A stretch of DNA of 64,000 bases from Octopus vulgaris (taxonomy: Eukaryota). Below are positions 50,089-64,000 of the stretch, one piece after another (positions within the stretch are counted from its first letter, which is position 1; the number at the start of each line of letters is the position of its first letter). The position numbers and the translations under genes are program-made. Below the pieces are notes generated by a model, which saw only the letters and a list, made by a program, of their open reading frames with translations, did no database searches and was not told where the DNA came from. The stretch is taken from contig OX597815.1 in the NCBI GenBank assembly GCA_951406725.2, positions 114,204,001 to 114,268,000 on the forward strand, read 5' to 3'.

Positions 50089-52106
50089 CTGGATTTTAGG
50101 AAATAATATATTCATTAGATTTATAGACTAAAGCAAAGGAAGAAATGTTAGTAAAGAATTTATAAATAATTCATTTTATATGACAGAAGGGCAATGGATG
50201 AGAGGACTTTATAGGGTCCCTGTCAGTTAGTGTTGGCCATGCATCTGTACCTGTAAGTGCAGGCTTAGGCAAGGTTTTCTTTAAGGAAGACTTGCAGTTT
50301 CCATTGGAAACTGCAAGTCTTTCTTAAAAAAACCTTGCACAATACAGGGACAATACACTTCTGTGTATGAATGGATCGAGAAGTTTAAAAATTAAAAAAT
50401 TTTAAAGCTTAAAAGTTTTGGGACTCAAAAGGGCCTATCCTGGAAGACTACCTGGAAAAGGGGTGTATGATCAACAGTGCAAGACACAGTGCTTTGCTGG
50501 CCAACAAACTAAAGCCACAAATTCATACCAAAGTCTCTTGTCAATCAGGAGTATGCCATCCCATCATAAACATGATGTGCATTTTACTTAAGCTAATCCT
50601 GTTCCTAATTAGATGTGTTATAACTCTTCCTGTCATTTCCATAATTTCATTTGATGTCTCTACCTCTTTACACTGGTGATGTTTATCTAAGGGAAAGGCT
50701 GCTGATTTGGGCTGATACAGATTAGCATCAGTGCTGTCATAGGCATTGTTGTTAAACAACAAAGAGCTGAAATAGATTCTACAAAATATCGGCTAGTTAT
50801 CTGTTTCATCAATCCTCCATGCTGGAATGATGCTTTACAAGGAAAAATTACAAAGCACAATAATGGTCTACGTGCAATCAATTATGACTAGAAAAAAAAA
50901 AAAAAAAACAGGTATGGAAAACAAAAGCATACAAAAGGAATAATGACAGTGATTTCTTAAAAAACTTTTGGTTTCATATTTTGGCACAAGGCCAGTATGA
51001 GGAAGCAGGTGAGTCAATTATATTGACCCAAGTGTTCAACTAGTACTTATTTTATTGATCCTGAAGGGATTAAAGGTAATGTTAACCTTGGCAGCAATTG
51101 AACTCAGAATGTATAGTGGAAGAAAGGCTGCTAAGCATTTTGTCTGGCAGGCTAATGATTCAGCCTGTTTGCTGCCAGTAATAAGATTAACAATAAGGAT
51201 TTCTAACATAAGCATAGAGTCACAAATTTCGTGAGAGGGATCAGTCAATTATATTGACCTTCATACTTGGTGAGCCTTTATCTTATAAAAGAAAAAAAGA
51301 AATGAACTTATTGTATACTGTGCTCAGGTGCACTACAACTTCACAATGATGACAATTAAAGTGGACTTTGTTGAAATTCAAACATTCATCATAAAACAGA
51401 CGGAATTAAATTCTACAAGGTATTTAGTCAGATAACCTTCTCATTCTTCCAGTCCACACCTACCTTTTGTAACGTGTACACACACAGACACATGCAACTT
51501 TGTAGGTCATAAAAAAATAATAAATATATACAGTTGGGTTTGTTGTGTCTGTGCATGTGGGGGTGTTTTGTAATCAAATACTTGCATATATATCCATCAG
51601 TGGAATGATTGTGCTTTTGTACTCATACAATTGTGCATGTATGCATATATATATATAAATACACACATAATACAAGTATGTTTAATATCAGTGTGAATGC
51701 ATACACACACGCGCACACACACACACACACACACATACACAATCTATGAAAGCATGTGCGTTTGTAAAAATGTATTTTTGTATTCATGTATGTGTGATGT
51801 ATGTATAATGTGTAAGTGTGTGTTTATAGTTTATGAATGTGTGTTTGTGTGTGCACTCATGCGAGTGTGTGTGTGTGCATGCATGTGTGTGCATGTGCAT
51901 GTGCATGCACACGTGTGAGTGTGTGTAATCTTTTTATTATTCATATCACTACATGCAGTATTTATGCAAGCATATAATTATGAATGTAAGACCACAAATA
52001 TGCATTTATGGTATACACTGAATTATATATGTATCAAATGAGAAACATTTATCAACTAAGTAAAATAAAACATATTCAAATGCAAATATTCTCAACAAGT
52101 TCTTAC

Positions 52107-52375
52107 TTTGATATGTTTGGGTCCATGTCAAACTCCATCACGTCATGATTGTCAGGGATTCTTGGATTTCTGTTTGTATTACTTGCATAAAACGTCTCTA
52201 AGCCAATTAATAATGAGTGGATCAAAGCAGTATGAAGTGTGATGTCTTTTCTGCCAATTTGTAACTGTATTCGTTCTGTACCCTTGTCTTTCATAGGAAT
52301 GCTATTTTCCAGTAGATATTGCTGTAATTGTTGTACCAAGTTGTTGTAGATACTGATATCTTCAGAAGGATATAG
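52107..52375 (-). CDS. CPED1: CPED1 exon (LYPSEDISIYNNLVQQLQQYLLE...MDPNIS)
   Basis: ggcag| and |gtaaga; 269-nt open frame, phase 0/2. Confidence 0.82.
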
Positions 52376-52935
52376 CTGCCAAAACACAAGAGTGAAAATG
52401 AAAAGTAATTTCAGCTGTTTTGTGATAATGTTTTCAAGGATCAGATTGACTGGGTTTCAATGTCTCTATGGTTAATAAGCTTGCTTTGCAAGCATATGGT
52501 ATCTGATTCAGTCCCATTGTGCAGCACCTTGGTCAAGTGTCTTCTACTATAGTCCTGGGCCAACCAATTGTGAGTGAATTTGGTAGATGGAAACTGTGTG
52601 GAAGCCTCTGTGTGTGTGTGTCTTTGAGTCTGTGCTTGCCCCCCCCCACTGCTTGACAACCACTGTTAGTTTGTTTATGTTCTTGTACCTTAGCAGTTTG
52701 GCAAAAGAGACTGATAGAATAAGTAGCAGACTTTAAAAATAAGTACTGGAGTCAATATGTTAGAATAAAACCTTTCAAGGAAGTGCCCCAGCATGGCCAG
52801 AATCCAATGACCGAAACAAGTAAAAAATACTTGAGATTTATTTTTTTTATTCTTTAGGGAGTGGGGAAGACAGGTTATCATACAGATTTTGATGTAAATT
52901 TTAGGCTGAGAATTTAATGCAAATATGAGCTTTTA

Positions 52936-52966
<31 letters not shown>

Positions 52967-53126
52967 CATTGTGTACAGTGCTCAGGTGCACTACAACTCA
53001 TCTAAAGTGTATGTATAGTACATAGGGTAATGTACAAGCATCGTACAAATAGTCTCAAATGTGTAGGTAATAAAAGGTTTTACTTCTAAATCTCTCATAG
53101 AGAGGCATTCAGTAACAGTTGTTTAA

Positions 53127-53348
53127 AGTAAAAGCTGTTCACCAACATAATGTGGCTGTCCCGAAAGGAAAGATGTTTCTGTTGTTTTAGCCCCAAGAAA
53201 CATCGTTTCTAGCTTGCTATATGACACACTATCGGTACACTGATAATGTGTCATATAGCCAGCTAGAAACGATGTTTCTTGGGGCTAAAATAACAGTAAC
53301 ATCGTCCCTTTCAGAACAGCTACATTATGTTGGCAAATAGCCTTTACT
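53127..53348. mobile_element. Palindromic MITE with TTAA flanks (Kolobok-like)
   Basis: TTAA at 53123-53126 and 53349-53352; AG...CT termini; ~108-bp imperfect arms. Confidence 0.7.
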
Positions 53349-56300
53349 TTAATAAAAGGCTTATCTAACTGAAGACAATATTCTTTTTTAAAAATCAAAC
53401 TATGGCTGGAATAGCAAAAATGTTAAAGAACACACTAAATGTTCTACTGTATTTAGTTTTGTCCTACATGTGAGTTCAGATCATATTAAATTTTGACTTA
53501 TCATTGCTCCATGATCAAAGATATAAGTACCAGGCCTGTTCTATGGGTCTAATCCACATGGGTATATTTCTCTCTCCTACATATTACTAACTCTGTGCCT
53601 GCATGACATGAAATCATTATTTGCTTATGAACCTGCTGAGCTGAGTGGTGCAGTAGAAACATGCTGAATCCATAGATCTGTAGATTGAAACTGTGCTCTG
53701 TGATGAAATGGCTGGTTTAAAGGTAGAAAGCTGGCAGAACTGTTAGCATGTCAGGCAAAATGCTTAGCAACATTCCATCCATCCTTATGTTGTGAGTTCA
53801 AATTCCACCAAGGTAAACTCTGCCTTTCATCCTTTCAGAGTCAGTAAAATAAGTACCAGTCAAGCATAGGAGTTGATGTAATTGACTTAAGCTCTCCTCT
53901 AAAATTGCTGGCCTTGTGCCAAAAATTTGAAACCAATTTGTTAATAAATCTGGTGTTTGACACACTTCACTACGATTTATCATGTGAATGATACTTGAGA
54001 AATAACTTAATTTTTAAATATTCCTCGTTCTATATACCAATATATAAGCATTACTTTATATCTTCTGAATCCATGTATCGGTTTCAAATTTTGGCACAAG
54101 GTCAGATCGAATCAATATATTGCTATTGATAATTTGAAATATAAATTAAATATCTTGAGTTATCTCCCATGCTTCCAGACGCACTTCAAAGAAATATTGG
54201 TATGTGGGCTGCATATTTTCATCTTTGAATAAGTTTACTATAGAATTGATTGTGACTAAAAAGCCTCATAACAGAAAACAGCCACTGAAGCTAGATATTG
54301 ACTACATATTATTTGCAAAACTTCAATATAATTAATAGTGAATATTTGTATAAAAAAATTGGAAAGAAAAATTAAGAATGGTTTCACATCGATTTTTAAG
54401 TCCCCATTTAATATTTTCTTATTTTGTTGCTACATATTTGAAACTATTTTAGCTTTTTTAATGCTTTAAGTATTAATAGACTTTTACCCTTTTTACATGG
54501 TTAAATATAAACATTTATGAAGCACAGGCACTACTGTGATGTTATAAGTTTGCTTCCCACCCACATGGTTCTGAGCTCAAACCCACGGCATGGCACCTTA
54601 GGCATATGCTTCTAACATAACTCTAGGTCAATCAAAGCCTTCTGAGTAGATTTGGTAGACAGAAATTGAAAGAATCCTGTTGTATATATGTATATAGATA
54701 CATGTGTGTTTGTGACTGTCTTCTTGCCATGACATCATGTAATAGCTGTAAACAAATGTCACCATCATGCAGTCAGTACCCTTTGATCCCAATCTTCTGT
54801 GAAAACATTTCTGGTTATGGGGAAATATTACTTTACTTAGAAACAGATGAAGGTTAGTGACAGGAATGGCATCAGGCCACAGAAAATCTGCCACAACAAA
54901 ATTCCATCTGACCCATGTTAGTATGGAAAAGTAGATGTAAAAACAATGATGATGATTATTATAGAAAATAAAGAGTGAGTCAAGGTGGCAGATATAGTAG
55001 ATTGATGGAGTTTGATATCTTCTGCCACCTTTTAGGTTCAGAGTTTGAATTTCTTTTTAACTCTCTTGAATCATTAAAATCAGTTTCAATATGACAGTGA
55101 CACTTGATGTCAAGACAAGAATAAGCACACACACACACGCACATACACAACATTCTTCTTTCAGTTTCAGTCTACCAAATTTGCAAGGTTTTTGTCAACC
55201 CAGAGCTATAATAAAAGACACTTGCCCAAGGTGCCATGGGACTGAACACATAGTTGGGAAGCAATACATTGCAAAAAGAAATCAATACAGATGAGCCCTA
55301 TGAACAGACCACCAGATTTTGATATTTAGTTGGAGTCATTTAACTTCACATTATTAATGCCAACAGCAAAGGCAAACATCCCACAATCTTATACTCTTTT
55401 CTTTTCTAATAAATCTCTGAAGCTTCATCATTTCATTCACATTACTAATACTGACTAGGAGGGATGAATGTCATGCAATATAAATTGCATCACTGTTGTT
55501 ACTAAGCCTTAGATAAAGCTCAGAATGAGCAGACCTATAATCAAAGACATTGAAGTGATGGCCATTCCTATTTATTTTCAAACATTTGATCCTAGTTTAA
55601 AGGGGCAGTGTAGGATTTGTGATTAATTAGGTTGATCAAATAACCTTGTACTGGCTTTCTTGGTTTTAGCTGTGGTTTTACTATCATGCATGTCAGTTCG
55701 GAGGACAACTGTAATGAATTCTAGACACTGATAATGAAACAGAATATGAGATATATGTATCACACCAAGAGATGTGATGGTTGAAGTCAAACGATGATGA
55801 TGACAGGCCCTCATTGTGCAGACCTTTAATCAAGTGCAGTTCAACCATGACTATACCATCTTTTATTGAGACATGGTATAGGGTATGATTTGGGTGTGAT
55901 TTAGGCTGGTATTTCTAACAGAGCAAGTGACCACATTGAGTTTCCTTGTTGGTTCATTAACATTTTGTTAGTTGGTCATGCAGAGTTGAAGTCTTGTCCT
56001 AAACAAAATCTGTAAGAAATTATATGCTAAGAAAGATTTCCTTTTTCTGTTTGATAACATGAAAACTGAAATAAATTCCAACACACTGTGTACCATTAAG
56101 ACAGGATAGAGGTAACATACTCTTTTACTGTTTGACTCTTTTATTAGTCCCAGTTGCTGTACTGTGGCCATACTGGAGTAAGTACCACCTTCCATAGTAA
56201 AGCCATTCATACTAACCCCAGTACCTATTTCATAAGCTGGTGTTTGTTTTATCAGATTCTGATGGATGAAAGGTAATGTTAACCTAAGCATGTTTTGAAG

Positions 56301-56693
56301 TCAAAGTGTGTGTGCATGTGTGTGCATATTCTTGTCTTGACATCAAGTGTCACTGTCATATTGGAACTGATTTTAATGGCCCAAGAGAGTTACAAATAGG
56401 GCCGAATATTTAGTTCCATCTACCGTCGCTGCTGTCTACCAGCAAATATGAATAAGATTTTGTGGTATAAGATTCTGCTCGAACTAGATTTTTTTCAACA
56501 TCCACCAAATTCTGTATAATATCTCAGCCCTAGCAAACTTCAAGAAATTTTCTATTTCTTATATTTTTATTGAATAATAGAAAAATAATAAATTGATTAC
56601 TGAGAGAAAAAACCCAATAAAAACCAACTGTAAATGATAAAGGAAAATTATAAAGGTTAAAGAAAACAGTTTTAATCAAAATATGTTCCTTAC

Positions 56694-56798
56694 ACGTATG
56701 AATTCACCAAGGTTTAAACTCTCTGCTCGACTTTCCAGAAGATAAAGAAGTTGTTGGTTTGACAAACAGAACTGGTCAAATACATTACACTGACCTTC
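56694..56798 (-). CDS. CPED1: CPED1 exon (EGQCNVFDQFCLSNQQLLYLLESRAESLNLGEFIR)
   Basis: ttttcag| and |gtaagg; 105 nt, phase 0/0; resembles human CLSLEEI...LGSLGQFQ(LLFPS). Confidence 0.82.
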
Positions 56799-59003
56799 CT
56801 GAAAAAATAACAATTATATTACTATACATATAAAATAGCAATAATACTATACATAATTTGTGTACTGGTGTATACTTAAGTATACTATAGTACAGTCAAG
56901 CCAATGTGGGAATCTAAACATGTTCATTCAATCTGCTAGAAATAGCAGTTACATCTTACTCAAATGACTCACTTCCATCCTAAAAGGAAAATAATATTGG
57001 ATTATTAGTATTATTCCTGAAAAAGAAAAGACAGAATGGTTGTGGCTGAAAATCCTTTGATCACAGATCTGCTTTGTCAGGGATGATCTGGCACAACTCA
57101 AAAACAACAACTGTTTTATACTTGCATCAATTATGATATAGTATTGCAAATTCTTGTAATTTCATGAATTACTGACTAACTGCTTTTTAATATATGTGTA
57201 TCATAGGTGGATTAACAGAGTCATTAGATCCACGCAGAGAATACTTTGCAGCATTTGCTGGTTGTAGATACAGTCTTTAATAGTAGCACTTTATATATTA
57301 AACTATAATAGTAGCTGTCTCCATACCAGACTATAATTAGTAGTTCTCTATATAATCATCATCATTTAATGTCTATTCTGTCTATTCCATGCAGGTATGA
57401 GTTGGATGGATTAACAGGATCCAACAAACCAGAGGACTGTACTGAGCTCCTGTGTCTTCTTTGGCTTGGTTCAACAGCTTGATGCCCTTCCTAACACCCA
57501 GTACACTTTATAGGGGGTACTGGGTGCTTTCTATGTGACACGAGCACTTGTGACGTCACCAAGTAACTTGCAACATAAGACCCTTTGAGAGAATTGGGGT
57601 GAAGCATTGAGAGAAGTACCTTTGTGCAAAACATTTGAAATTTAAAGTACAGCAAAGGGAGAGGAACAAGTGTCTTGTTGTAGAAGTGACACATGGCTAC
57701 CCCAGCAGAAAAGGAGAAAGAATGATGGAGATGAGGTGTCAAGGCATACTCACAAAGTACAAGAAGGCAAATAAGGAGAGGATAGGTTGGTGAATATGTT
57801 GAGGATGGTTGGGTGAATAGTTTCATGAAAGTATGAAGGGGAGTGACAGATGGACAGAGATGGGAATAGAGATGAATGCAGTCTATACACCAGACTAAAA
57901 TAGTAGTTCTCTATATGTTAGGTTAAAATGGTGGCTCTTTGAATGCTGGTCAATAATAGTAGTTTTTCCTCTATACCTGACTGTAATAGTATTTGTGTGT
58001 ACCAGACATTAGAAGTAGCTCTATCATTACCAGATTGTAGTAGTCACTTTATATATCAGACATCAAATGTAATTTTATAGTCTACACACTAATAACTTTA
58101 TATCATGCTTTCTTTAAAAGCATAATCAGAGGAGTTGGTCAATAAATGCTATATTTTGTAAGAACCTCCCAGATTGGATGAAAAGTGGAAGAAACTTCAG
58201 AGTGAAGACTTGGATTAAATAGTTACAAGAGTCAGGTTGGAATGTCAAAACAAACTGCAGATTAAATCTACCACTGCCAAATATAAACTAGTAGTGTGTC
58301 ATATTATGTTATACATTATAAGTAGATTCTCTATGTTTAGTGAACAATAAATTTGTACAATTTTATTGATGGAAAACATTTCTAAAAACACAATGTAAAT
58401 AATGAAAACTTTTTGAAACTAAAAATGCTTGTCATTACAATCGACTCCACCCCACCTCCACTACAACCTTCACATACATCTCTACTGCTGGTGTCACCAC
58501 TACCACTATTAGGTTCTATTTTCGTATTTTTCTTCATCATTATCACCACGACTACCATTATCATAAGCACTACCACTATCAACAGTACCATTGTTGCCAT
58601 AATCTTCATGACTGCCACCATCATCAGGAACCTCAACAGGCTATGTGACCTGTTAAAGATGTTATAAAATCTTCTAATCTCAGTCTATTGCCTTAAATAA
58701 TGAAAGGATGCATAAAATAATATAATCCTATATAACCCTGAAAAGACAGCTGAAGCATCTTTCTATGGGTTGGCTCAATCAATGCTAACCTGAGCCTAAA
58801 CAACAGCAACAACAACCACACCATCATTACCATTAGACCAAACATCACTCACACCATCATCATTATCATCTCCAACACCTTCACCATGACTTCCAGCCAC
58901 GTCCACCACCATTATATCACCAACACCACCATCATCATGAATCAGCTGACATCCAGCAATGTACTTCTTTTTCAAACCATCAATCTATGAAATATGTACT
59001 CAC

Positions 59004-59156
59004 CATCAGTCCAATATCTAATCCTTGCTCGTCTAAAGCATAGGCAACGTCAATTGTGACACTTGATTCTTGTAACACCATGCTCAATAGATCTCTGATC
59101 ACTGAGTTAGGAGGCAGATTTTCACCTGAACCGGATCCAACAGGTGAACACTGGAT
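59004..59156 (-). CDS. CPED1: CPED1 exon (IQCSPVGSGSGENLPPNSVIRDLLSMVL...GLDIGLM)
   Basis: tttctag| and |gtgagt; 153-nt open frame, phase 0/0. Confidence 0.72.
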
Positions 59157-60296
59157 CTAGAAAAATTCATAACAAAACATCTATTGTTTACAAACATTAT
59201 TGATTTTATTTTTTTTCCAACAGAATAATATGTTAGCTAACATATTTTTACTAATTTAAAGAAAACTGAAATATGAAAACGCTTTCCATTTTCTCTCTCT
59301 TCATACACAAACACACAAACACATACATACCATCACATAAAGGAAATGACAGAGGACCAAGATATGTGGCAAGTTGCTGTACTTGAAAAGACCTGCCCAC
59401 CACAATAGAATTTAGATCCTAAAACCAAGATATCATGTAAAAAGCATTGGTATGGGTGCTGGTGCCATGTAAAAAGCACCTGGAACACTCTGCAAAGTGG
59501 CTGGTGTCAAGAAGGGCATCTAGTCATAGAAACTATGCCAAAACAGTCTATGGAACCTGGTGCAACCTCTGGCCTTGCTAGTTCTTGTCAGGACCATCCA
59601 TCCCATGCCAGCATAGAAGATTAACATTAAATATTGATGATGGTGATCATCATTATCATCTTCATTATTGTTTTAACATCAACTTTTCCTTGCTTGGAGG
59701 AGACAGAAGTTGTTGAGGAAGATTTTCCTATGGCCAGATGCCCTTGCTGTTGCCAATTCTCACCTGTTTCCAAGTAATGTATTATCTCCTCATGTTGGAT
59801 ATACCTTGCATTTGTTTCAGTCATTATACCGTGGCCATGCTGGCAAATGAATTGCCCCCAGTACTTATTTTTTTAAAGCTTGGCACTTATTCTATTGGTC
59901 TCTTTTGCCAAACTGCTAAGTTATAGGAACATAAATACACCAATACTGGTTCAGTACCTTTCTTAATGATGTAACATGACATTTGGTCCAGAAATTGAGC
60001 CTATGATATGACAGTTGTGAGCCCAACACCATAACCACTTGACCAGGCCTGGTGGTTAACGTTACCTTCAAAATAAGGGTTTTAAATTTTGGCACAAGAC
60101 CAGCAAATTTAGCCAATTATATTGACCCCCAGAAGTTGACTGGTACTTACTTTATTGACCCTGAAGAGATGAAAGGCAAAGTCCACCTTAAAAATTTGAA
60201 TTTGGAATGTAAAAAGTTGGAAGAAATGTCCTGAATCATTTTGTCCAACATGTTGATAATTCTGCCAGCTCAATAATGAGATACAATTTAGCAAAG

Positions 60297-60525
<229 letters not shown>

Positions 60526-60803
60526 CAAAAGAGAAAGTGAGAACAAGAGAAAGTTGATTACAAATCCATGTAATATCATAAATTCTATTTTAACCTTCTG
60601 TCAAAATACCTAGCTTTTGTTTCAATAAATTTTGAACATAATGAAGAATTTTGTAAAATAACTGTCATTAACAAAATGGTTTTTGGAACATAGATCAACA
60701 TAAAATTTAGGTCACTTTAAAATGAAGTTTGTATTGACAGCTTGGTATCAAGAGGGTAAGACATGAAAGGTGTAGATTTTATGATACTAGATGTGAGAAT
60801 ATA

Positions 60804-61130
60804 GTGGAGGCGCAATGGCCCAGTGGTTAGGACAGCGGGCTATGGTTGGAGGATCGTAGTTTTGATTCCCAGACCAGGCGTTGTGTGTGTTTATTGAGTG
60901 GAAACACCTAAAGCTCTATGAGGCTCCGGCAGGGGGTGGTGGCAACCCCTGTTGTACTCTTTTGTCCCAACTTTCTCTCACTCTCTCTTCATGTTTCTTG
61001 AGTAATGCTGCGATGGACTGGCATCCCATCCAGCTGGGTGGGTGGGTCACACATATACCACAGAAACTGGGAAACTGAGCCCATGAGCCTGGCTAGGCTT
61101 GAAAAGGGTGCATAAATAAAAAAATAAAAA
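60804..61130 (+). mobile_element. Full-length tRNA-derived SINE with a V-domain-like core and an A-rich tail
   Basis: A box tggcccagtggtt, degenerate B box, core ctgcgatggactggcatcccatccag; 15-bp TSD agatgtgagaatata at 60789-60803 and 61131-61145. Confidence 0.85.
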
Positions 61131-61753
61131 AGATGTGAGAATATACATGCATGCACCACACTTTACTACCAATTGACCCTCAATCTACAACTTGTATCAG
61201 TCCAGATGGCTACTAATGACCTGGATTTAAGTAGCAACATCTACAGGATTGTTATATTTTCTAGAAATAGCAGTTAAATGTATTTCGAATCACTCTGCAC
61301 CATCTTAAAGATGAAGAGTGTATTGGATGGTGGAGACAAAGGTAAAATATCTGAATAAAATACAGGATGGTCATAGATAGAATGTCTTTGAATGTAGATC
61401 TGCTCAGTTATAGACTCCCTGAGGTGAAACAAGAACAAGTCATCATGACACACTATGTCACCCCAAATATAAGCAAATAGTCAACGAAATCAGCAATCTG
61501 AAAGAACACCCTGACAGTCTAGATGATCAGCTGAGGAATCTACACCAATACCAAACCACGAGATAAAACAGAAAATGACCAAACCTTTTTTGTTGATTAT
61601 AGAACAAGAGAGAATCTAAGCTTAGAGTCAGGGAGATGGACAGTGATTGATGTCACTGTCAACTTGCCAGCTGGAAAATTTTGTGGTTCTGAACTGAAAC
61701 ATTCAATGAACGTTTGACACTAGCTGGCATACCAACTCCTTCTGGTCAAGGTT

Positions 61754-62200
61754 CATCATCATCATCATCATCATCGTTTAACGTCCGTTCTCCATGCTAG
61801 CATGGGTTGGACGGTTCGACCGGGGATCTGGGAAGCCAGAAGGCTGCACCAGGCTCCAGTCTGATCTGGCAGTGTTTCTACAGCTGGATGCCCTTCCTAA
61901 TGCCAACCACTCCGTGAGTGTAGTGGGTGTTTTTTACGTGCCACCTGCACAGGTGCCAGGCGAGGCTGGCAATGGCCATGGTCAGATTGGTGCATTTTAC
62001 GTGCCACCGGCACGGAAGCCAGTTGAGGCGGCACTGGCATCAGCCACAATTAGGATGGTGCATTTTACATGCCACCGGCACGGAAGCCAGTCGAGGCAGC
62101 GCTGGCATCGGCCACGATTCGGATAGCGCTTTTTACGTACCACCAGTCCAGGGGTCCTGGCAACTGCCGGGTGCCAGTCATAGGATTGGTTCAATTTCGA
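61754..62200 (-). mobile_element. (GAT)n-tailed SINE with internal tandem repeats
   Basis: Begins with (cat)n cgtttaacgtccgttctccatgctagcatgggttggacgg and contains repeated ttttacgtgccaccggcacgg units. Confidence 0.8.
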
Positions 62201-63154
62201 TTTAAATTCATCAAAGATAAATAAAAAGAAAGCATCATCTATTAAATGTAATTATCCTCTTATGAAGATGGGATCTCTGAATTATTTAATTTCTAAGCAA
62301 TTCTGCATTTTTTCTTTGCAATCAAATCTTGTATACTTAGTTATTGATTCATGCATTACTTTGATAAGTATGGGGAACTGTGTGCTTTGCTGATGAGGTT
62401 AGAATATGGTGAAACATGTCTGGAGTTGTCACACCCATATATACTAGAAAAACGAAAATGCTATAAGCCACTAACTAATATTATTTTTCCTTCGTTACAT
62501 TTATTTCTTATGAGTTTTTTAAAACACCAGGCATGTAGTAACTAACTTAAGTTCACCTAGTAACAAACTAACACTTGACAATTTAGCCAAGCTGCTTCTT
62601 GGTTCCTGAAGGAAACCTGATGTCAACTGTTTGAAAATCTAAAATCCAGTGAATACAAATGAGAAATAAACATAGTAGTGTTTTCATCTTTACCAAAGTT
62701 TTTTTTAAAATAGATATAACAACAAAACCTTCTCTAGTTATTTCATCAATAAGAGAAAACTGGGAAGATCTTGAAGTATATCTTAACTTAAATATTTTAT
62801 TGATACAAACAAGACATTAAGGACTAAAATCAAATGTGAAAAGCTGTTAATAAATATTTAAAACTAAAGCATAGTTGTATTATCAGTAATTCAAAAATTC
62901 TATAAATGTTTATCTTCAATAATATGCAACATTTTCTGATATTTCAAGAAATCCCTTGCTTTAAGTACAGTGTACTCTCTGCATGTCCTTTTCAAAGGAA
63001 CTGCACACATGTATGTATATCTTTCCTGTGTATTATTTCAATTATTCATACAAAGAACTGGGCTGATTTCAAACAAAGGAAACATTAATGAAAATATGAA
63101 TATGAAAAAAGCTCAACTATTGGAATTTTGCAAACAACATTGTGTGTGCATGCA

Positions 63155-63186
<32 letters not shown>

Positions 63187-63455
63187 CACACGTGTGCCCT
63201 AGTCTATATCTATGAATGCGTTTGTGTTTGAGTGTGTATTTATGTGTGCTTGTATATATATGCATGTATGATGCTTACACACACACATAAGTGCGTGTAT
63301 ATTATGTTTGAATATATCTTGCGTTCAATGCACACACACACACATGCACACAATGCTGTTTGCAAAATTCCAACAGTTGAGCTTTTTTCATATTCATATT
63401 TTCATTAATGTTTTCTTTGTTTGAAATCAGCCCCATTCTTTGTACGAATAATTGA

Positions 63456-63804
63456 AATAATAATAATAATAATAATAGTAATAATAATAATAATAATTCA
63501 AAAGTGCGTATAAAGAATATGCAGTAATGTACAAATGTCTGGAAAGTGAACAGTGTATGAGTCAGATACATGCGTGTGTATGGAGGGGAGAAACTCAGGT
63601 GTAGTGTTGGCGAATCTCAGGAAGCATGGAAGTTTTGAAGGATGCAGTGCTCCGACAACTAACAACTGATGCCAGCAGTTTGTTCCATGCTTCAACAACT
63701 CTTAGAGTGAAAAAATGTTTCTGAAAGTCATGGGATCTGTGCTGTTTTCAGACTTTGTAAACATGTCCACAGGTGTTAGACAGATGGAGTTTGAAAAGGT
63801 GCTC
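63456..63804 (-). mobile_element. 3' fragment of a CR1-type LINE with a (TTA)n tail
   Basis: Minus-strand FRNIFFTLRVVEAWNKLLASVVSCRSTASFK resembles the conserved CR1 ORF2 C-terminus. Confidence 0.75.
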
Positions 63805-64000
63805 ACACATGAAAGATATACATACATGTGTGCAGGTCCTTTGAAAAGGATATGCAGAGAGTACACTGTACTTAAGGCAAAGGATTTCTTGAAATATCAG
63901 AAAATGTTGCATATTATTGAAGATAAACATTTACAGAAGGGAAGGAGCTCCCCACCCAAAGAAACTTTATACCTTCTGATAAAATTGTAGAAATAATTAC

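Noticed and set aside
60804-60880. tRNA gene
   Set aside because: tRNA-like head of a TSD-flanked SINE, with a degenerate B box and no cloverleaf.
63973-64000. Further CPED1 exon ending at cagaag|gtataa
   Set aside because: Truncated by the window edge, with no recognisable CPED1 similarity and a phase that cannot be verified.

Overview
AT-rich, repeat-dense eukaryotic DNA. The SINE families and (TA)n/(CA)n/(GAT)n microsatellite load point to an octopus (Octopus sp.; inference). There are three minus-strand protein-coding loci: (i) the first two coding exons of the RNA helicase DHX34 (5202 down to 1989; the gene continues off the left edge); (ii) an uninterrupted ~2-kb ORF/terminal exon (13360-15426) encoding an unrecognised K/N/S-rich protein; (iii) 14 phase-consistent coding exons of CPED1 (59156 down to 30983; the 5' end is not found in the window). 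Most of the rest is mobile DNA: a full-length but decayed Tx1/L1-type LINE (20337-25819) inserted with a 15-bp TSD inside the tRNA-like head of a SINE, mariner/Tc1 remnants, hAT-, Kolobok- and Helitron-like non-autonomous elements, several palindromic MITEs carrying TTAGGG-like repeats, RTE and CR1 fragments, short Penelope-like elements with minimal hammerhead motifs, and many SINEs. The most notable items are the possible SINE-targeting Tx1 element with a structured tandem 5' UTR, the minimal hammerhead elements, the orphan ORF, a bipartite RTE-derived element, and recurrent local inverted duplications, one of which brackets an in-frame three-exon block of CPED1. Most short ORFs in the track are microsatellite or repeat artefacts. 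All gene and family assignments come from recalled sequence similarity, not from database searches.
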